This document shows positions 17,816 through 27,901 of a DNA stretch of 64,000 nt, piece after piece. The notes beneath the pieces are model-generated. The model was not told the DNA's origin and searched no databases. It worked only from the letters and a program-made list of their open reading frames with translations. The number at the start of each line of letters is the position of its first letter. Position 1 is the first letter of the stretch. This stretch comes from Armatimonadota bacterium (GTDB lineage Bacteria > Armatimonadota > Fimbriimonadia > Fimbriimonadales > Fimbriimonadaceae), in NCBI GenBank assembly GCA_018268315.1, contig JAFDWU010000001.1, positions 567,295 through 631,294 on the forward strand, written 5' to 3'. Both the position numbers and the translations under genes were made by a program.

Positions 17816-19786
17816 TTAAGGGTGCCTCCTTTGCCAGTTAGTGAGGGTCATGCTGTCCAGCGTTCTGAAGGGAATCAGAGGAGTGCGGACGTGAGCGAGA
17901 GGGTTGGAGGGGCTCTTCAGCCGAAGCTTGCGAGACTTGCCGGGTGCAAGGACGTTCACGACTACGCTTTGCACCGGTGACATCTGGCCAGACTTCGCGT
18001 CGAGCACTGCGATGAGGAACTCATGGCTCTTGCCTGCATCCGATTTCGTCGGCGTCCAGGAGAAGACACCGGTTGCCTGATCGATGTGGGCGTTTGGCTG
18101 ATTAGCCGCCATGAGATAAGTGACCTCATGTTTTGCGTTCTTTACCAAGTTGCGGAGAGGGATCCGCAGGGTTTGGTCGGAGGTAACGGTTTCGGGATCA
18201 ATTGCATCGAGAAGAGGTCGATCCGTCTTGCCCAGCACAGTGATGTGCATGAGACGGGTGGTAGACATTGCTGGGATACCGCTGTTGGTGACCCGGATGA
18301 CCACATCGTGGCTGCCCACTTGGTCTTCCTGCGGCGTCCATTCAACTACGCCGGTCAGCGGGTGGATATTGAGGCCGCTAGGGCCGCTAACCACGCTGAA
18401 GCTGAGGGTTTCGCCGAGGTCTTGGTCGCTAGCGATCACCCGGTAGGTGAACAGGTCACCCATTCGGATTCTCGAATCCGGCATCGGCTGCACAACCGGA
18501 GGATGGTTGATCGACTGCACCGTGATCTTGAACCGATACGCTTGCGACATGTCGAGCCCGCCGTTGTAGGAGCCGCCGTCATCTCGAAGCCACGCGGTGA
18601 CATAAGCGATGCCGGACATCGACTTCGCCGGGACGTATCGTAAGGTGCCGTCGGGCAGAATCGTCGGCTGCTCTTCAAACATCGCCGGATTGTCGTTGTT
18701 CACGATCCACGTTAGCTTTTGTGTGTACTCGTTCGGCGCGCCGGGATCGATCGAAGACGCCCATCCACGTACTTCTTGAGGACCCGCGTCTTCCATCACG
18801 ATTTGATCTGGGCCGCCCTTGAACGAAGGTTGCTGATTCACCGCCAGAACGTCGATCCGCACTGTAGCCGGAAGCGATTCCTGAGAGCCGGCGCTATTCT
18901 GAGCAACGTAAGAGAAGGAGTCGGGGCCGCGATAATTCAGCTCGGGCTTGTAGTAGAACGTGCCATCAGGATTGAGGTGGAAAACCTCAGCATGCTGCGG
19001 CGGGCGAACCAGTCTTGCCGTCTCCGCGCGGATGTCGCCGTAAAGCACGCCCTCATTCGGGAGCGTTACGTAGTCGTTCTCGCGCACGGTGTAGTGCTTA
19101 TCAACCGCGACCGGCGCCATCGGCATCGAGCGGCCGGTGTCCATCGACATCGGGGCCGATCCGGTGACCGACGTCTCAACCGAGGTTATGGAGCTGTTGC
19201 CCGATTTGGAAGGAGCCGTTGTTCTTATCTGAACGCGGCCGAGGTCGATAACGCCGTTATCGGTAGAAAACTCTACGGACTTGATCGCTTCCGTCTGGCT
19301 AGAGGCGCCCATGAATTTGGCCGCAAGGCCGTTCGTTGCAAGGCGTCCTTCCGAGGTCTGGAGGATCAGGTTGCCGTCAACGTCATACGCCTTGATCGTA
19401 AGGTTTGCGTTGCCGTTTACCGTGGGCCTCACCACTGCGCCAACACCGGCCACCGGACTTTCGAACTCGATGGACATGGACGCGCTGTTCTCGGTGGTGA
19501 CCATGTAATCGCCTACGCGCAATCCGCTGTTATCGCGATAAACGCGGAAGCTGCCGCCCTTGGGCTTTGCAAGCCGGAACCGAACGCCCGATGCGCTAGT
19601 GGAAACCGTGGGGTTTAGGAGGAGCGAGCCATCGGCTCCAAGCGTCCCCCAAGAAATTGAGTCGTTGCCCAACAGGGCAGATGCCGAGTTAACGTAGTTG
19701 AGGCTTGCTGCGCGAGCCTGTGCCAACGTGACGCCAAAAGCGGCGAACATAAGCGCCGCGCGTATCCTTGTTGTCGTCCTATTCAT
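17816..19786 (-). CDS. exported protein with cadherin-like / bacterial Ig-like repeats
   Basis: Signal peptide MNRTTTRIRAALMFAAFGVTLAQARA. Repeats such as FSVVSGPSGLNIHPLTGVVEWTPQEDQVGSHDVVIRVTN and ATGVFSWTPTKSDAGKSHEFLIAVLD are dystroglycan-type cadherin / 'putative Ig' signatures. Strong SD (GGGAGG). Confidence 0.7.
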   Translation of the reverse strand: MNRTTTRIRAALMFAAFGVTLAQARAASLNYVNSASALLGNDSISWGTLGADGSLLLNPTVSTSASGVRFRLAKPKGGSFRVYRDNSGLRVGDYMVTTENSASMSIEFESPVAGVGAVVRPTVNGNANLTIKAYDVDGNLILQTSEGRLATNGLAAKFMGASSQTEAIKSVEFSTDNGVIDLGRVQIRTTAPSKSGNSSITSVETSVTGSAPMSMDTGRSMPMAPVAVDKHYTVRENDYVTLPNEGVLYGDIRAETARLVRPPQHAEVFHLNPDGTFYYKPELNYRGPDSFSYVAQNSAGSQESLPATVRIDVLAVNQQPSFKGGPDQIVMEDAGPQEVRGWASSIDPGAPNEYTQKLTWIVNNDNPAMFEEQPTILPDGTLRYVPAKSMSGIAYVTAWLRDDGGSYNGGLDMSQAYRFKITVQSINHPPVVQPMPDSRIRMGDLFTYRVIASDQDLGETLSFSVVSGPSGLNIHPLTGVVEWTPQEDQVGSHDVVIRVTNSGIPAMSTTRLMHITVLGKTDRPLLDAIDPETVTSDQTLRIPLRNLVKNAKHEVTYLMAANQPNAHIDQATGVFSWTPTKSDAGKSHEFLIAVLDAKSGQMSPVQSVVVNVLAPGKSRKLRLKSPSNPLAHVRTPLIPFRTLDSMTLTNWQRRHP

Positions 19787-19981
19787 TTTAGCCTCCCTGC
19801 TGTCGGCGGTTAAAACACCTCATCCTAAGGTGTTCGGTCTATCGGTTTCCCGAGAGACACGCTGACAACATTACCAGATATGTAGCCAACACGCAATATA
19901 TATCACGAAACCCAGTAAAAATACTAGGTCTCACTATAAAAACTTCTCTTATATATTCAGCGGAGGCGAAAATCTGCCGTC

Positions 19982-20464
19982 GTGCAGAAGTTAGCGATCT
20001 ATCCCGGAAGCTTCGATCCACCCACGCTCGGGCACCTAGACATCATCGAGCGGGCGTCCCGAATGTTCGACCAAATCATCGTGGCTATCGGGCGCAATTC
20101 CCAGAAGGAAGGCTTCCTCCCCATCGACGCACGCATTGACGCCCTTCAAAGATCGGTGGCCCATCTGACCAACGTAAAGGTGGACGCATTTGAAGGTCTG
20201 CTCGTCGACTACGCGCGTGAGCAGGGGGCTAAATCGCTCATCCGTGGACTCCGCGCCATCTCCGACTTTGAGTACGAATTCCAGATTGCGATGATGAACC
20301 GCAAGCTGGCCGAGGAGATCGACACCGTCTTCCTGATGACCCGGTGGGATTACAGCTTCCTTAGCAGCTCAATCGTTCGCGAAATCGCCCAATATAGCGC
20401 AGACTATGAACAGTTTGTGCCCAAGCCGGTGTACGAAATTATCCGGAAACACTACAAGTCCTAA
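19982..20464 (+). CDS. coaD: phosphopantetheine adenylyltransferase
   Basis: LAIYPGSFDPPTLGHLDIIERA...ISDFEYEFQIAMMNR. GTG start. Confidence 0.93.
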   Translation: MQKLAIYPGSFDPPTLGHLDIIERASRMFDQIIVAIGRNSQKEGFLPIDARIDALQRSVAHLTNVKVDAFEGLLVDYAREQGAKSLIRGLRAISDFEYEFQIAMMNRKLAEEIDTVFLMTRWDYSFLSSSIVREIAQYSADYEQFVPKPVYEIIRKHYKS

Positions 20465-20511
20465 ATTTGCCGCCAATGTAAGCGTGCTTCATGGCACAAT
20501 AGGCTAATCCC

Positions 20512-21066
20512 ATGGATGTTCTCCGCCTCCTCGACGAGCTATATCTCCTTTCGATTGAGCGCCCCCGCCCCTTAATCGGAAAGTTAACCTATGGCCTCGA
20601 CAAAGACGAGATCGCGCAGGTCATCAGCAAGATTCGCGGCAGCTTGCCGAACGAGCTTAAGAGCGCAAGAGCCAAGCTGCAAGATTCGGAGCGCATAGCC
20701 GAGCAAGCAGGCGAGGAAGCCAAGTCAATTGTCGAAGCTTCTCGGCGCGAAGCCGAAAGCATCATCGAGGCGGCGAACGCCGAGCGCGAGCGCATCATCC
20801 AGGAGGCTGGCATTCAGCAGCAGCGCATGATCGCTGAGTCTGAAATTCTTCGCCTAACGAAGAGCCAGTGCGACGAAATCCGCAGTTCTGCCGATCGCGA
20901 CGCCAAGCAGGTTCGCCGCGAAGCGGACCAATACGCGCTCGATCTCCTCAACGCCGTCGAGAATGTGATGAGCAAAGCCATTGCAAACGTCGAAAAGGGC
21001 AAGCACGAGCTTACAAAGCCGGATCAAGCGGTGATTCAGACGCGAGATCGCATCAGGGTCAACTAA
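20512..21066 (+). CDS. coiled-coil protein, V-ATPase subunit G/H-like / F0 subunit b-like
   Basis: N-terminus MDVLRLLDELYLLSIE...GLDKDEIAQVISKIRGSLPNELKSA, followed by EAxxIIxEA-type heptad repeats. The family is recognised only loosely. Confidence 0.55.
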   Translation: MDVLRLLDELYLLSIERPRPLIGKLTYGLDKDEIAQVISKIRGSLPNELKSARAKLQDSERIAEQAGEEAKSIVEASRREAESIIEAANAERERIIQEAGIQQQRMIAESEILRLTKSQCDEIRSSADRDAKQVRREADQYALDLLNAVENVMSKAIANVEKGKHELTKPDQAVIQTRDRIRVN

Positions 21067-22991
21067 CCCTCTTCGTTTAGGTAATCCAAGACCTTCTTGC
21101 CAAGCTGCAGCGTCATCGTCGGCACGCTTGCCAGGTCTTCGGCTCTTGCCCGTCGTATGCCCTCAAGCGACCCAAAGGTCCGCATCAGCAACCTTCGTCT
21201 CCGAGGGCCGATACCCGGGACCTCGTCAAGCGGCGAACCGCCAAAGCGCTTATCCCTGAGCTTGCGGTGGAAAGTAATCGCAAAGCGGTGGGCCTCGTCT
21301 CTCAAACGCCGCAGGAGCATAAGCCCCGGTGAGGTCAGCGGCAAGACCACTTCGCGGTATTCATACTCGCGGACGGGCCGCTTATCGTATGTATAGTCTT
21401 CACTAATCTGGATCATCGGCATCGCTTCACTTAGCGGAATCGGTACATACACGATCTCCATCCGCTTCGCCAACCCCACCATCGGGATATCCAAGCCCAA
21501 TTCGTCTCGCGCTTTCAGCGCCGCCCCTAACTGGCCCTTGCCACCGTCGATCATGATGAGGTCCGGCTGCTTGGAGAACTTCTCATCTCCCTCGATAAGC
21601 GCCTTAAGGCGGCGGGTCAGCACCTCGTGCATCATCGCAAAGTCGTTGGGCGTTTCGGCGTGATAGCGAATCTTGAAGCGCCGATACTCGGCGGTTGCGG
21701 CGAGGCCCGCCTCTGCAACGACCATCGAGCCGACCGGCGCAGTGCCCTGGATGTTCGAGATGTCGTAACCTTCCACCCGCATGGGCATCGTTGGGATATT
21801 GAGTTCCTTCTGGAGCTGCTCCATCGCCTCCGTGCTCCAGCTTTCCTTCGCCTTCAGCTCGAGTGAGAACGTCTCAAGCGCCTGGTTGGCGTTGGCGGCC
21901 GCCAAATCGACTAGCCGCAGCTTTTCGCCGCCTTGCGGGACCTCGATGTTTACTGCCGATCCTCGCCGCGTTCTGAGCCATTGCTGCACGATTGCCCGCT
22001 CTTCGATCTCCACCGGCAAGATGACCTCGCGCGGCACTTCCGCCCCTTGCGAGTAATACTGCTTCAAGAACTCTTGCACCGCCTCCGCCGGTGGCGCTTC
22101 CGAAGCGCCGTCCAGCATGAACTGCCGCTGGCCGATCAGCTTGCCGTTGCGGATGTAAAGCATCTGCACCGCCGCGCCCCGCTCATCCTTCACCACTGCG
22201 ACCACGTCCTGATCGCCGCCCTCGGCGCTCAGCACCTTCTGCTTTTCAACCACGCTTCTCATCGCCGTTAGGCGGTCCCGCATCTTGGCCGCCTTCTCGA
22301 AATCAAGCTCCTCGGCTGCCGTCTCCATCTCCTTCTCAAAGCGCTTGATCAGCGCCTCCTCGCGCCCCTCCAAGAAGTCTTGGACCTGCTTGAGCACGTC
22401 TCGGTACTGGCTCTGCTCGGCTAGGCCCGCGCACGGCGCTAGGCACTGCCCCAAGTGATAGTAAAGGCAAGGGCGCTGGTCGGCGCGGCCGCTCCAACTC
22501 TTGCCGCAAGGGATCAGCGGGAATATCTTGTGGAGCAAAGCAAGGGTATCCCGCACGTGGAAAGCGCTGGAGTACGGCCCGAAGTATTTGCTGCCGTCCT
22601 TTCGCACCCGGCGAGTAAATAGAACCCGCGGAAAGGCTTCCTTAGTGATAACTATATAAGGATAAGACTTGTCATCGCGAAGCCGAACGTTGTACGGCGG
22701 GCGGTGCTCCTTGATGAGATTGCACTCAAGGACCAGCGCCTCAAGTTCGGAGTCCACCACGATCCATTCAATCTCCCGGACCTTGCTCACGAGCCGCGCG
22801 ATGCGGGGGCCATGCTTTGCCGATTTGCGAAAATAGCTGCGGACCCGGCTACGAAGGCTTATCGCCTTCCCTACATAGAGAACCGTGTTATGTTCGTCGT
22901 AATATATATAGCATCCAGGCTGATTTGGTAGCGCTTTCAGGCGCTCCACAACCCGCTCGGGCCATTCGGAAACTTGGTTGTTGGTCGGCAA
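21063..22991 (-). CDS. uvrC: excinuclease ABC subunit C
   Basis: GIY-YIG domain GCYIYYDEHNTVLYVGKAISLRSRVRSYF, a UVR domain, and a C-terminal (HhH)2. 642 aa. Confidence 0.95.
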   Translation of the reverse strand: MPTNNQVSEWPERVVERLKALPNQPGCYIYYDEHNTVLYVGKAISLRSRVRSYFRKSAKHGPRIARLVSKVREIEWIVVDSELEALVLECNLIKEHRPPYNVRLRDDKSYPYIVITKEAFPRVLFTRRVRKDGSKYFGPYSSAFHVRDTLALLHKIFPLIPCGKSWSGRADQRPCLYYHLGQCLAPCAGLAEQSQYRDVLKQVQDFLEGREEALIKRFEKEMETAAEELDFEKAAKMRDRLTAMRSVVEKQKVLSAEGGDQDVVAVVKDERGAAVQMLYIRNGKLIGQRQFMLDGASEAPPAEAVQEFLKQYYSQGAEVPREVILPVEIEERAIVQQWLRTRRGSAVNIEVPQGGEKLRLVDLAAANANQALETFSLELKAKESWSTEAMEQLQKELNIPTMPMRVEGYDISNIQGTAPVGSMVVAEAGLAATAEYRRFKIRYHAETPNDFAMMHEVLTRRLKALIEGDEKFSKQPDLIMIDGGKGQLGAALKARDELGLDIPMVGLAKRMEIVYVPIPLSEAMPMIQISEDYTYDKRPVREYEYREVVLPLTSPGLMLLRRLRDEAHRFAITFHRKLRDKRFGGSPLDEVPGIGPRRRRLLMRTFGSLEGIRRARAEDLASVPTMTLQLGKKVLDYLNEEG

Positions 22992-23000
22992 TATCCTTCC

Positions 23001-24146
23001 TTACGTGCCGGAGAGCGTGGGAAGATGCGAATGAATGCCAAGATGCGCGGCAACCATCTGCCCCACGTTGTACATGCCTTCCAGATCGCCCAATGCCGCG
23101 CCGGTTTGACCCTTCTGCCAAACCACTAGCGGCACGTACTCGCGGCTGTGGTCGGTGCTGGTAGAAGTGGGGTCGTTGCCATGATCCGCGGTTAGCAGCA
23201 AGAGGTCCTCGTCTCCGAGCTTAGGTAGAAGATTCGCGATCGTCTGGTCAAACCGTTCAAGCGCTCCCGCAAACCCCTTCACGTCGTTTCGATGGCCGTA
23301 CAGCATGTCGAAGTCCTCGAAGTTCCCGAAGATGAACCGGGCGTCGCTTTCCAGCGCCGACATCAACGCGCCTTCGTGCTCGCTGTTGTTCTGCGTCCTC
23401 ACCGTCTGTCTAAACCCGCGCCCTCCGAAAAGCTCCGGCACAACCCCTACGCCATAAACATCCCCAACCTCATCGATGAGATTTGGCGGCGCCTCCAGCG
23501 GGAAGTCCTTCCGATTCCCCGTCCGCGTAAAGCCCTCGGTTGCCGAACCAGTAAACGGCCTCGCGATCACCCGCTGCACGTTGTTCGGCGCAATGCAAAT
23601 CTCCCGCGCAATTCGGCACATCTCGTAAAGCTCTTGAATGGGAACAACTGACTCATGGCATGCAATCTGAAACACGCTATCCGCACTGGTGTAAAGAATC
23701 GGTGAACCGGTTCGCACGTGTTCAGCGCCAAGCTCCTCGATGATCTGAGTGCCGCTTGCCGCGCGATTCCCGATGACCTTGCGCCCAATCCGCGCCTCAA
23801 ACTCTGCAACCAAGTCCGCCGGAAATCCGGCGGGATAAGTCGGGAATGGTGTTGCGGTTACAATTCCCATCATCTCCCAATGACCCGTCACCGAATCCTT
23901 GCCTTGTGAAACCTCCCGCATTCGGCCGCAGCGCGCCCAGCCCGCAGGCAACAGACCCGAAACCCCGCTTGCTGTAAAAAGGCCCATTTCGACCAGATGA
24001 GGACACGCCAAAGGTCCGCAAGCTTCCCAAACATGGCGTAGCGTAGCCGGGTGATCGGTATCGCCAAAAGCAGCGGCATCGGGCGCCTCGCCCGCCCCGC
24101 ATCCATCCATCACAATCACGATTGCTCGCTTCACGCCTTCCTCCAA
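23001..24146 (-). CDS. deoB: phosphopentomutase
   Basis: AIVIVMDGCGAGEAPDAAAFGD...TADHGNDPT. The alternative GTG start at 24134 would give a 4-nt overlap with purK. Confidence 0.9.
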   Translation of the reverse strand: MEEGVKRAIVIVMDGCGAGEAPDAAAFGDTDHPATLRHVWEACGPLACPHLVEMGLFTASGVSGLLPAGWARCGRMREVSQGKDSVTGHWEMMGIVTATPFPTYPAGFPADLVAEFEARIGRKVIGNRAASGTQIIEELGAEHVRTGSPILYTSADSVFQIACHESVVPIQELYEMCRIAREICIAPNNVQRVIARPFTGSATEGFTRTGNRKDFPLEAPPNLIDEVGDVYGVGVVPELFGGRGFRQTVRTQNNSEHEGALMSALESDARFIFGNFEDFDMLYGHRNDVKGFAGALERFDQTIANLLPKLGDEDLLLLTADHGNDPTSTSTDHSREYVPLVVWQKGQTGAALGDLEGMYNVGQMVAAHLGIHSHLPTLSGT

Positions 24147-25279
24147 GCCTCATAGAACGCCTTGCGGGCAAGTTCTGCGCGCTGCACCGCCTGCTCCACC
24201 GTGTCGCCGTAGGCGTTCAAGTGGCCCATCTTGCGGCCCTTGCGCGATTCCTTCTTCTCATACCAGTGCAAGAACGTCCCTGGTTCCGTAAGCGCTGCGG
24301 GGGCAATCTCTCGAATAGAAATCTCCGAGTCAAGGCCGAGCAGGTTCGCCATGCAGGTATGGCGGGTTCCGCTGATCTCAGGGATCGGTAAACCTAGACA
24401 CGCCCTCACATGGCACTCAAATTGGCTGATGCCGCCCCAATCAAGCGTGTAGTGGCCGCTGTTATGGGGGCGGGGAGCAACTTCGTTAATCATCACTTCC
24501 CCGTTTGCCAACTCAAACATCTCAACCCCAAACAGGCCGATGCCGTTCATCGCCTCAACCGCGCCGACCGCCACCTCGGTGGCGTCTCGAGCGCACTCGA
24601 CGACAAGGTCGCACACGAAATTCTCTTGGCGGGTCTCCATCGTCGGAAACGTCTTCACCCCTGCCGCGGTCCTCACCACCATCTGGGCAAGCTCCCGAAC
24701 AAACGGAACCGTTGCCTCCGCCAGCCACCCGCCGCCTTCCCAAACCGGCCGCAACGCTTCCAGTTCTTCGCGCGATTTAACAAAGCGCGTGCCCTTGCCA
24801 TCGTATCCGCCAAACCGGGCCTTCAAAACCATGGGGTACGGCAATTCCTTCTCGACCGCCTCCGCGTTCGTCATCGCCACCGCGTGGGGACTGGGCAAAC
24901 CGGCCGCCTCGTACAGCTTGCGCTGCGCCAACTTGTCTTGAATCGAAGTCAAGGTTTCCAAGCGGGGCACGACGCAATTCAGGTCAAGACCCACCGCTGA
25001 AGCGGCGCTGCGAACCGGCATCACGGGCACAAACTCGCTGTCCCAAGTTACAAACGCGCTGCTGCGCAGGAGACGCGCAAGCGCTTCTTCGTCGTCCAGC
25101 GGAGCGGCAATCGAATCGGCTATTTGCGAAGCAGGAGAATCGGGTGAGGGGTCAAGAGAAATGCAGCGCAGCCCCATTCGCTGCGCAGCCTGAATCGACA
25201 TGCGAGCAAGCTGCCCACCACCAAGAAATCCAAGATCGAATTTTGACTCCATAACGGGAAAATGCGCCGAATCGAACAC
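24131..25279 (-). CDS. purK: N5-carboxyaminoimidazole ribonucleotide synthase (ATP-grasp)
   Basis: LGFLGGGQLARMSIQAAQRMGL, plus ATP-grasp blocks (MVLKARFGGYDGKG, EVAPRPHNSGH). Confidence 0.9.
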   Translation of the reverse strand: MFDSAHFPVMESKFDLGFLGGGQLARMSIQAAQRMGLRCISLDPSPDSPASQIADSIAAPLDDEEALARLLRSSAFVTWDSEFVPVMPVRSAASAVGLDLNCVVPRLETLTSIQDKLAQRKLYEAAGLPSPHAVAMTNAEAVEKELPYPMVLKARFGGYDGKGTRFVKSREELEALRPVWEGGGWLAEATVPFVRELAQMVVRTAAGVKTFPTMETRQENFVCDLVVECARDATEVAVGAVEAMNGIGLFGVEMFELANGEVMINEVAPRPHNSGHYTLDWGGISQFECHVRACLGLPIPEISGTRHTCMANLLGLDSEISIREIAPAALTEPGTFLHWYEKKESRKGRKMGHLNAYGDTVEQAVQRAELARKAFYEAWRKA

Positions 25280-25430
25280 GCGTCTTGATTATTGTGTCCA
25301 ATTCGATTACGGATATATTGCTGACAGCAATGCCGCCGGGTTTCCCTGTCAGCTTTGCTTTGGCTAATTAATTGCGGCGTCCCGCCACGTGCAAGGTGGA
25401 TAGTGTGGACGTCTTAGTGGAGAGTACACG

Positions 25431-26189
25431 ATGAATTTCAGAGTTCTTGTCTGTTCGGCGACAATCCTCGCAACCGCTGCGGCCCTTGCGAAAATGCCGA
25501 AGAACGCCTTCCTTATCCATCCCGTCGCAAACACGGAACAGCTTGTTCGCGAAGTTGAATCATCCCGCGTGGTCATGGACCGCTACGCTCGCCACTTCGC
25601 CCTGAAGCCGGACGACGTGCTGACCTACCTTCGCTCGCTTCACGTGATGCGCCTTCCCGCGCCACTAACCACCACGATTTACAGTGTGCCCACCACCGGA
25701 GTGTTGCGTACCCACGTCGACACAATCCCGAAGGGAGAAAAGATATTTGCGGATAACGCCGGCAACCCGGCTCTTCGCCTGATTTGCGGCAACCCGCTTA
25801 CGCTTGGGCCACGCAGGCCCTACACCATGAACAAGCTTGAAGCCGCGCCGGTCGACGAGCCAACCGACGCCCTGCGCAAACTGAGCGCGGACGTCAAGCC
25901 GGACGAACCTAAACCGCTCCTTGCCCAAAATGAGCCGACCGCACCCGCAGTAGTTGAAGAAACCGCGCCGGTTGCGCCTGCTACTGAGCCAGTCGTCGAA
26001 CCCGCGCCGACCATCGGTCACTCCGATCAGCTTGGAATTCTGCCAATTCTGCTCGCCGGTGGAGTCCTAATCGGCCATGGCGGAGGAGGAGGCGGTGGAG
26101 GCAACAATCCAGTGCCAGAACCCGCAACCTTGATCGCGCTTGGCAGCGGAGTTGCTCTTCTGGCCAAGCAGCGCAAGCGAATCGCTTAG
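25431..26189 (+). CDS. PEP-CTERM sorting-domain exported protein
   Basis: N-terminal signal sequence. The C-terminus ...GGGGGGGGNNPVPEPATLIALGSGVALLAKQRKRIA has the canonical PEP motif, a TM helix and a basic tail. Confidence 0.8.
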   Translation: MNFRVLVCSATILATAAALAKMPKNAFLIHPVANTEQLVREVESSRVVMDRYARHFALKPDDVLTYLRSLHVMRLPAPLTTTIYSVPTTGVLRTHVDTIPKGEKIFADNAGNPALRLICGNPLTLGPRRPYTMNKLEAAPVDEPTDALRKLSADVKPDEPKPLLAQNEPTAPAVVEETAPVAPATEPVVEPAPTIGHSDQLGILPILLAGGVLIGHGGGGGGGGNNPVPEPATLIALGSGVALLAKQRKRIA

Positions 26190-27832
26190 ATCTCGGCGAT
26201 ATTCACAAGCACCAGCGGCCTAAGCTGATACCGATGCTGGATGAAGCGCCGTGCTGAATCGGCAACCTCGTGCCTCACGCGGCTGACGTCCGTCACTTCC
26301 TCGCGGCTTAGGGCGTCAAGAGCGTGGTCGACAACCTCCGTAACCTTCTCAAGCGAACCCTCGGGACCGTGGAATCCGCGCGCGCTGATCATCGTATCTC
26401 CCACGATCTCGCCCTGCTCAATATCCACAACCACTGTGACCGACACCACGCCGTCGTTGGCAAGGTTTCGGCGATCACGCAGCACTTCGTCAGGAACGCC
26501 GGGCCGACCGCTGTTATCTACCAGCACGCGACCCACTTGAATCCCGCCCATGATTGCGGCGCTGGTTTCTTCAAGGACCAGACAATCGCCGTCCTTTAGC
26601 TCAAATAGTCGGTGCTCCGGATAGCCCATCGCGCGAGCCATTTGAAGATAGATTTCCTGATGCCGGGGCTCACCGTGTACCGGCGCCAAATAGTAAGGCT
26701 GAGTCAGATTGATCATCGTCTTCAGCTCCTCTTGGTAGGCGTGGCCGCTAACGTGCACGTTGGAGTTCTGGCCGTACATCACTTTGCAGCCTTGACGGAA
26801 CAAGCGGTTGATGGTCCGCCAAATCGCGCCCTCGTTGCCGGGGATGGGTCGTGCTGAGTAGATCAGCGTGTCGCCCGCCCGAATTTGAAGCCGCCCATAT
26901 TCGCCGCGAGACATCTGCACGAGCGCGCTCATTGGCTCGCCCTGGCTGCCGGTGGTTAGAATGGCAACCTTGTCGTCTGGATACTGCTTCATCTCATCCA
27001 GCCGGATCTGGGTTCCCTTCGGAATGCGAATGAACTTCATCTGGGAGCAAATCTCAACGTTCTGCTCCATCCTGCGGCCCACAATCGCAACCTTTCGTCC
27101 GACATCGGCTGCCGCTTCAAAGAACTGCTGCATGCGGTGGATATTGCTGGCGAAGGTGGTAAGCAGCACGCGGCCCTCGGCAGCGGCAAGCACCGCCTCA
27201 AGTTCCTTCTTCACGCTCTGCTCGCTTGGCCCCCAACCTGGCCGCTCCACGTTCGTGCTGTCGCTCAGCAGCAGCACAACGCCTTCTTTGCCGATTTCGG
27301 CAAACCGGTTCAGATTGCTCTGCTTTCCGTCTACCGGCGTGAAATCAAGCTTGAAATCGCTTGTAAGCAGCACGATGCCGTGCTTAGTTCGCACCGCAAG
27401 CGAGTAGTTCTCGGGAATCGAGTGGGTGATTCGAATTGGCTCAACCGAGAGGGAGCCGGCTTTGAGAATGTCTCCACCCTTGTAGGTTCGCAGATCTAGC
27501 TTCTTGGTGTCCAGCTTTTCATCGAGCTTGTTGCGAATCAGAGCGTGGGTAAATTCGCTTGCATACAGGGGAACGTTGAGCTCTTTCAGCAAGTAAGGAA
27601 GCGCGCCAACATGATCCTCGTGCGCGTGGGTTATGAAGATGCCGCGAACGCGGTCCTTGTTCTCTAAAAGATATGTGAAATCGGGGATGACGATATCGAT
27701 GCCTGGCATCTCTTCCGTTGGAAACGAAAGACCGCAATCCAAGACGATAATGTCGTCGTCCTGCTCGATAACCGTGCAGTTTTTTCCAATTTCTCCAACG
27801 CCGCCTAAGGGAATGACCCGAACTGAACTCAC
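26186..27832 (-). CDS. rnj: ribonuclease J
   Basis: VRVIPLGGVGEIGKNCTVIE, the metallo-beta-lactamase motif ITHAHEDHVGALPYL, and a beta-CASP region. 548 aa. GTG start. Confidence 0.92.
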   Translation of the reverse strand: MSSVRVIPLGGVGEIGKNCTVIEQDDDIIVLDCGLSFPTEEMPGIDIVIPDFTYLLENKDRVRGIFITHAHEDHVGALPYLLKELNVPLYASEFTHALIRNKLDEKLDTKKLDLRTYKGGDILKAGSLSVEPIRITHSIPENYSLAVRTKHGIVLLTSDFKLDFTPVDGKQSNLNRFAEIGKEGVVLLLSDSTNVERPGWGPSEQSVKKELEAVLAAAEGRVLLTTFASNIHRMQQFFEAAADVGRKVAIVGRRMEQNVEICSQMKFIRIPKGTQIRLDEMKQYPDDKVAILTTGSQGEPMSALVQMSRGEYGRLQIRAGDTLIYSARPIPGNEGAIWRTINRLFRQGCKVMYGQNSNVHVSGHAYQEELKTMINLTQPYYLAPVHGEPRHQEIYLQMARAMGYPEHRLFELKDGDCLVLEETSAAIMGGIQVGRVLVDNSGRPGVPDEVLRDRRNLANDGVVSVTVVVDIEQGEIVGDTMISARGFHGPEGSLEKVTEVVDHALDALSREEVTDVSRVRHEVADSARRFIQHRYQLRPLVLVNIAEI

Positions 27833-27901
27833 CAGCCGGGTAGGGTACCCCGTTTGAATCCCTTTGCCCCGTCCAAGCGTAGCTAACCTCGGAGGTCTGC
27901 G

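Noticed and set aside
19814-19834. 7-bp hairpin (AACACCT/AGGTGTT) in the 5' leader of the cadherin-like gene, and the AT-rich 19860-19970 stretch, as a possible sRNA or attenuator.
   Set aside because: The stem is short and no convincing U-tract follows. The AT-rich segment is adequately explained as divergent promoters (for example TTGCGT-N17-TAATGT on the minus strand) for the cadherin-like gene and coaD.
25273-25286. Cheo-box-like CGAACACGCGTCTT at the start of the purK-deoB-uvrC operon as an SOS operator.
   Set aside because: It has two mismatches in the right arm, it overlaps the purK start codon, and a match of this quality is expected by chance in 64 kb. It is mentioned only as a pointer under the lexA finding.
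25292-25319. TTGTGT-N16-TATATT as a promoter driving the 25320-25353 hairpin as an attenuated leader.
   Set aside because: The predicted TSS would fall inside the 5' arm of the hairpin, so the stem could not form in that transcript. The -35 match is also weak.
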